A stretch of DNA of 63,356 nucleotides, the filler included, from Anaerolineae bacterium (GTDB taxonomy: Bacteria > Chloroflexota > Anaerolineae > Epilineales > Epilineaceae): the NCBI GenBank assembly GCA_029262755.1. It is 7 parts of 7 records of this genome, joined end to end, with 100 filler letters (N's around TTAATTAATTAA, not from the genome) between each part and the next. Parts side by side here need not be neighbours in the genome. Positions count along the whole stretch, not along the records: positions 60,074 to 63,356 come from JAJCYU010000409.1; 6 more parts are not named here. One strand, given 5' to 3'. This document shows, piece by piece, positions 60,213-63,356 of the stretch (position 1 is the stretch's first letter; each line of letters begins with the position of its first letter). The notes under the pieces were generated by a model. The model saw only the letters and a list, made by a program, of their open reading frames with translations. It was not told the DNA's origin and searched no databases. The position numbers were made by a program, and so were the translations under genes.

Positions 60213-60638
60213 TCAGTCGGTGTTCCAGCCCATCATGTCGTCGAGACCCATCTTGCCGCCACCGAGGAGCGCCATCGCGGACGCCAGACCGAACAGCGCC
60301 AGCGGATACGCGTAACCGCCCTCGCCGAGAAAGCCGTTGGGAATGTGGACGAAGATGATGGCGGTCAGCATCACGATGGCCAGCAGGAAGCCGAACAATC
60401 GCGTGAAGAGACCGAGGATCATGGCGATGCCGCCCAACAGCTCGACCAGGGCCACGAAGTAGGCAAGGCCCGTGCTTGCGCCGGGAATGCCCCACGTGCC
60501 GAGCATACCCGCGAATCCTTCGATCCCCTGCAGCTTGTTCCAGCCGTTGAGGGCGAAGATCGCGCCGAGGACGAGGCGCATGATCACCGGAGCGAACTGC
60601 CGGTACGGCGCTAGGAAGTTCAGGGACAGTGCGTTCAT
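60213..60638 (-). CDS. DoxX-family membrane protein
   Basis: RLVLGAIFALNGWNKL, ELLGG..ILGLFTR, VH..NGF...GGY, GGGK. Confidence 0.9.
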   Translation of the reverse strand: MNALSLNFLAPYRQFAPVIMRLVLGAIFALNGWNKLQGIEGFAGMLGTWGIPGASTGLAYFVALVELLGGIAMILGLFTRLFGFLLAIVMLTAIIFVHIPNGFLGEGGYAYPLALFGLASAMALLGGGKMGLDDMMGWNTD

Positions 60639-60854
60639 TGGGGTGGTTCTCCTTGCGGGGGTACGAGATTCGGAACTCGGCATGAAAATCGGCCGACGAC
60701 GGCCGACCTTGCACAGAGTAACAAACGCGGACGCGCCGCGCAATTGCACCTGAGCGCAGGTGCCGGTCCCGCCGTCCTAACGCCGGCCGCCGCCTTTTTT
60801 CCGCCCTGGTCAGCGTGATACCATGGGCGCCCCCCGAACGACGAGGAGCCGAGC

Positions 60855-63293
60855 ATGCTCGAGCAGACCCGCGATGCGGCCGAACAGGCCGCCGTGCGCC
60901 TGACCAATACAACCCTTTCCCGTGATGAGATTGTCGCGGACTTCCGCCTTGGATTCCGCAGTCGACGGGCGAGCCTCACCGGGCGGCGCGAGGTGATGAG
61001 CGGCAAAGCCAAGTTCGGAATCTTCGGCGACGGCAAGGAGCTCGCCCAACTTGCGATGGCGCGTGCGTTCCTGCCGGGCGATTGGCGTAGCGGATACTAC
61101 CGTGATCAGACGTTCATGTTGGCCGCCGGCGCGCACAGCCTAAGCGAATTCTTCGCGCAGCTCTACGCCGACGCGGACATTGAACGGGAGCCCGCCACGG
61201 GCGGACGTTCCATGAACGCGCACTTCGCGACCCGCCAGCTCGACGCCGAGGGCCGCTGGCTGCCGCAAACCGACCGCGTCAACGTCGCAGCCGACCTGTC
61301 GCCGACCGGTTCCCAGATGCCGCGCCTCGTCGGCCTTGCCGATAGTTCGCGCCTATACCGCGGGCTGGAGTCTCTGGCAGACCGCACCGACTTTTCGCGG
61401 GGCGGCAACGAGGTGGCATGGGGCACGATCGGCAACGCGACGTGCGCCGAGGGAATGTTCTGGGAATCGCTCAACGCGATCGGCGTACTCGGTTGCCCTG
61501 CCGTGATCTCGATTTGGGACGACGGCTATGGCATCTCGGTGTCCAACGAGCACCAGGTGACCAAGGGCAGCTTGACCGATCTGCTCGCCGGCTTCCAACG
61601 GGCGCACGGCTCGCGCGACGGCTACGACGTCTACACGGTCCGTGGCTGGGACTATCCGGCGTTGGTCGACACCTACCTTCAGGCCGCGGCGATCGCGCGC
61701 GAGGAGCATGTGCCCGCGATCCTGCACGTGATCGAGATGACGCAGCCGCAGGGCCACTCGACGTCGGGCAGCCACGAGCGCTACAAGTCGGCCGAGCGCC
61801 TGGAGTGGGAAGAAGAATACGACCCGCTGAGGATCATGCGCGCTTGGATGACGGAGCAGGGTCTGGCCGACGACGCAGACTTCGAAGCTTGGGAGGCGGA
61901 AGACCGCGCGCTGGTCGAGACTGTCCGCGAGAAGGCGTGGGATGACTTCCTGGCCCCGATGCGTGCCGAGCGCGACGAGCTCGTCGAGCGGATCGACGAG
62001 GTCGCGTCTGCGGGCGCGGCGTCCGCCGCCGCGCTTGGGGATGTGCGGGAGCGCTTGTCCGCGATGGACGCTCCTATGCGCGGGCATCTGCACGAGGCGT
62101 GCTCGGATGCGCTATTGGCGCTCTATGGCCTCGACGCGCCGGAGGCAGCCGTCCTGGTGGACTGGAAGCACGGAAACAGCGCGGAGAGCCGCGTGCGTTA
62201 CAGCGCGCACCTTCACGACGAGACGGCGAGCGCGGCCACCGCGGTTGCCGGCGTGGCGCCTGCGTACGACGACAACCCGTCCCGTATCAACGGCTTCGAG
62301 ATCCTCAACCACACCTTCGACGCCATCCTGACGCGCGATCCGCGGGTCATCGCGTTCGGCGAGGATGTGGGCCGCATCGGCGGCGTCAACCAGGGCTTTC
62401 GGGGCTTGCAGGCCAAGCACGGTCCGCTGCGCGTGGCCGACACGGGCATCCGAGAGACGACGATCATCGGACAGGCCATCGGCATGGCCATGCGCGGTCT
62501 ACGGCCGATCGCCGAGATCCAATACCTCGACTACATCTTGTACGCCATTCAGATCCTGAGCGACGACCTTGCTTCGCTGCGTTGGCGCACGGCCGGTGGC
62601 CAGAAGGCGCCGGTCATCGTGCGTACGCGTGGCCACCGGTTGGAGGGCATCTGGCATTCGGGTTCGCCGATGGCCGGCATCTTGAACCTTGTGCGCGGCA
62701 TCCACGTGCTGGTGCCGCGGGACATGACGCGCGCGGCCGGTTTCTACAACACGTTGCTCGCGGGGGACGAGCCCGGCATCGTCGTGGAGGTGCTCAACGG
62801 CTACCGGTTGCGCGAGCCGCTGCCGGCGAACGTGGGGGCGATGCGTACACCGATCGGGGTGGTCGAGGTGTTGCGCGAAGGGCGTGACGTGACCGTGGTG
62901 ACGTATGGCGCGATGTGCCGGATTGTGATGGCCGCGGCGGAGAAGTTGGCCGCGATCGATATCGATATTGAGGTCATCGACGCGCAGTCGCTGTTGCCGT
63001 TTGATGTTGCGGGGGATATCGGGTTGTCGCTGAGCAAGACGGGGCGCGTGTTGTTCGCGGACGAGGACGTGCCGGGTGGCGCGACGGCCTTTATGATGCA
63101 ACAGGTTATCGAGGGGCAAGGCGGTTACTTCGAGCTCGATAGCGAGCCGCGGACGCTGAGTGCGCAGGCGCATCGGCCGGCTTATGGGAGCGACGGCGAC
63201 TATTTCTCGAAGCCTAGTGTGGAAGACGTGATTCAGGTTGTGGTGGACATGATGAACGAGGTGGATCCGGGGCGGTACCCGTTGTTGTTCTGA
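60855..63293 (+). CDS. 2-oxoacid dehydrogenase E1, fused alpha/beta (probably branched-chain type)
   Basis: GKAKFGIFGDGKE, WRSGYYRDQ, GHSTSGSHERY, FGEDVG..GGV, DTGIRETTIIG, AEIQYLDY; GAGGAG SD. Confidence 0.88.
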   Translation: MLEQTRDAAEQAAVRLTNTTLSRDEIVADFRLGFRSRRASLTGRREVMSGKAKFGIFGDGKELAQLAMARAFLPGDWRSGYYRDQTFMLAAGAHSLSEFFAQLYADADIEREPATGGRSMNAHFATRQLDAEGRWLPQTDRVNVAADLSPTGSQMPRLVGLADSSRLYRGLESLADRTDFSRGGNEVAWGTIGNATCAEGMFWESLNAIGVLGCPAVISIWDDGYGISVSNEHQVTKGSLTDLLAGFQRAHGSRDGYDVYTVRGWDYPALVDTYLQAAAIAREEHVPAILHVIEMTQPQGHSTSGSHERYKSAERLEWEEEYDPLRIMRAWMTEQGLADDADFEAWEAEDRALVETVREKAWDDFLAPMRAERDELVERIDEVASAGAASAAALGDVRERLSAMDAPMRGHLHEACSDALLALYGLDAPEAAVLVDWKHGNSAESRVRYSAHLHDETASAATAVAGVAPAYDDNPSRINGFEILNHTFDAILTRDPRVIAFGEDVGRIGGVNQGFRGLQAKHGPLRVADTGIRETTIIGQAIGMAMRGLRPIAEIQYLDYILYAIQILSDDLASLRWRTAGGQKAPVIVRTRGHRLEGIWHSGSPMAGILNLVRGIHVLVPRDMTRAAGFYNTLLAGDEPGIVVEVLNGYRLREPLPANVGAMRTPIGVVEVLREGRDVTVVTYGAMCRIVMAAAEKLAAIDIDIEVIDAQSLLPFDVAGDIGLSLSKTGRVLFADEDVPGGATAFMMQQVIEGQGGYFELDSEPRTLSAQAHRPAYGSDGDYFSKPSVEDVIQVVVDMMNEVDPGRYPLLF

Positions 63294-63356
63294 GGTTGGG
63301 GTTGGGGTTGGGGTAGGGGTTGGGCGGTGTAACGGTTGGGTTGTGGTGCCCCTCCG

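Noticed and set aside
63294..63325. GGGGTT-like hexamer repeats (telomere- or G-quadruplex-like)
   Set aside because: Short and at the window edge; it reads as PTPTPT or PNPNP on the minus strand and is probably low-complexity sequence or the tail of a convergent gene.

Overview
This window is seven unlinked contigs joined by artificial 100-nt N/TTAATTAATTAA linkers, so adjacency across a linker means nothing. The source is a high-GC bacterium, most likely Chloroflexota (inferred from the T-box, the GAAC-N4-GTTC LexA box and Pro/Thr-rich exported proteins with an FLP-type tail). Contig 1 is part of the S10/spc ribosomal protein operon (rplW to rplR). Contig 2 is lower in GC and carries IS21 debris, a SAM methyltransferase, a sugar phosphotransferase and a MEDS-domain fragment. 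Contig 3 is a surface-glycosylation block (GT-C/GT39-like, YfhO-like, AI-2E, galE). Contig 4 is housekeeping: rodA/ftsW-pbpA, purB, tRNA nucleotidyltransferase, ECF sigma plus two lepB, radA, T-box/serS, tRNA-Ser, mshA-like, def, tRNA-Glu, VOC, SLT, DUF3179, hutH and a VanW-like fragment. Contig 5 has hppD, two beta-propeller-like proteins, guaA, an M23 lipoprotein, an fmt-lipB-nadE operon and aroQ. Contig 6 has three exported proteins and a MazF fragment. Contig 7 has DoxX and a fused 2-oxoacid dehydrogenase E1. The most notable signals are: a DUF3179 gene split by the ORF track at an in-frame TGA that forms a UxxC motif and is followed by a SECIS-like hairpin (probable selenoprotein); a GTAG-bounded REP/REPIN-like long hairpin present twice with a compensatory base change; a shared [LA]-[FH]-L-P motif after Pro/Thr linkers in four exported proteins (candidate sorting signal); and several probable leaderless genes. 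All calls come from reading the sequence by eye; no searches were run.
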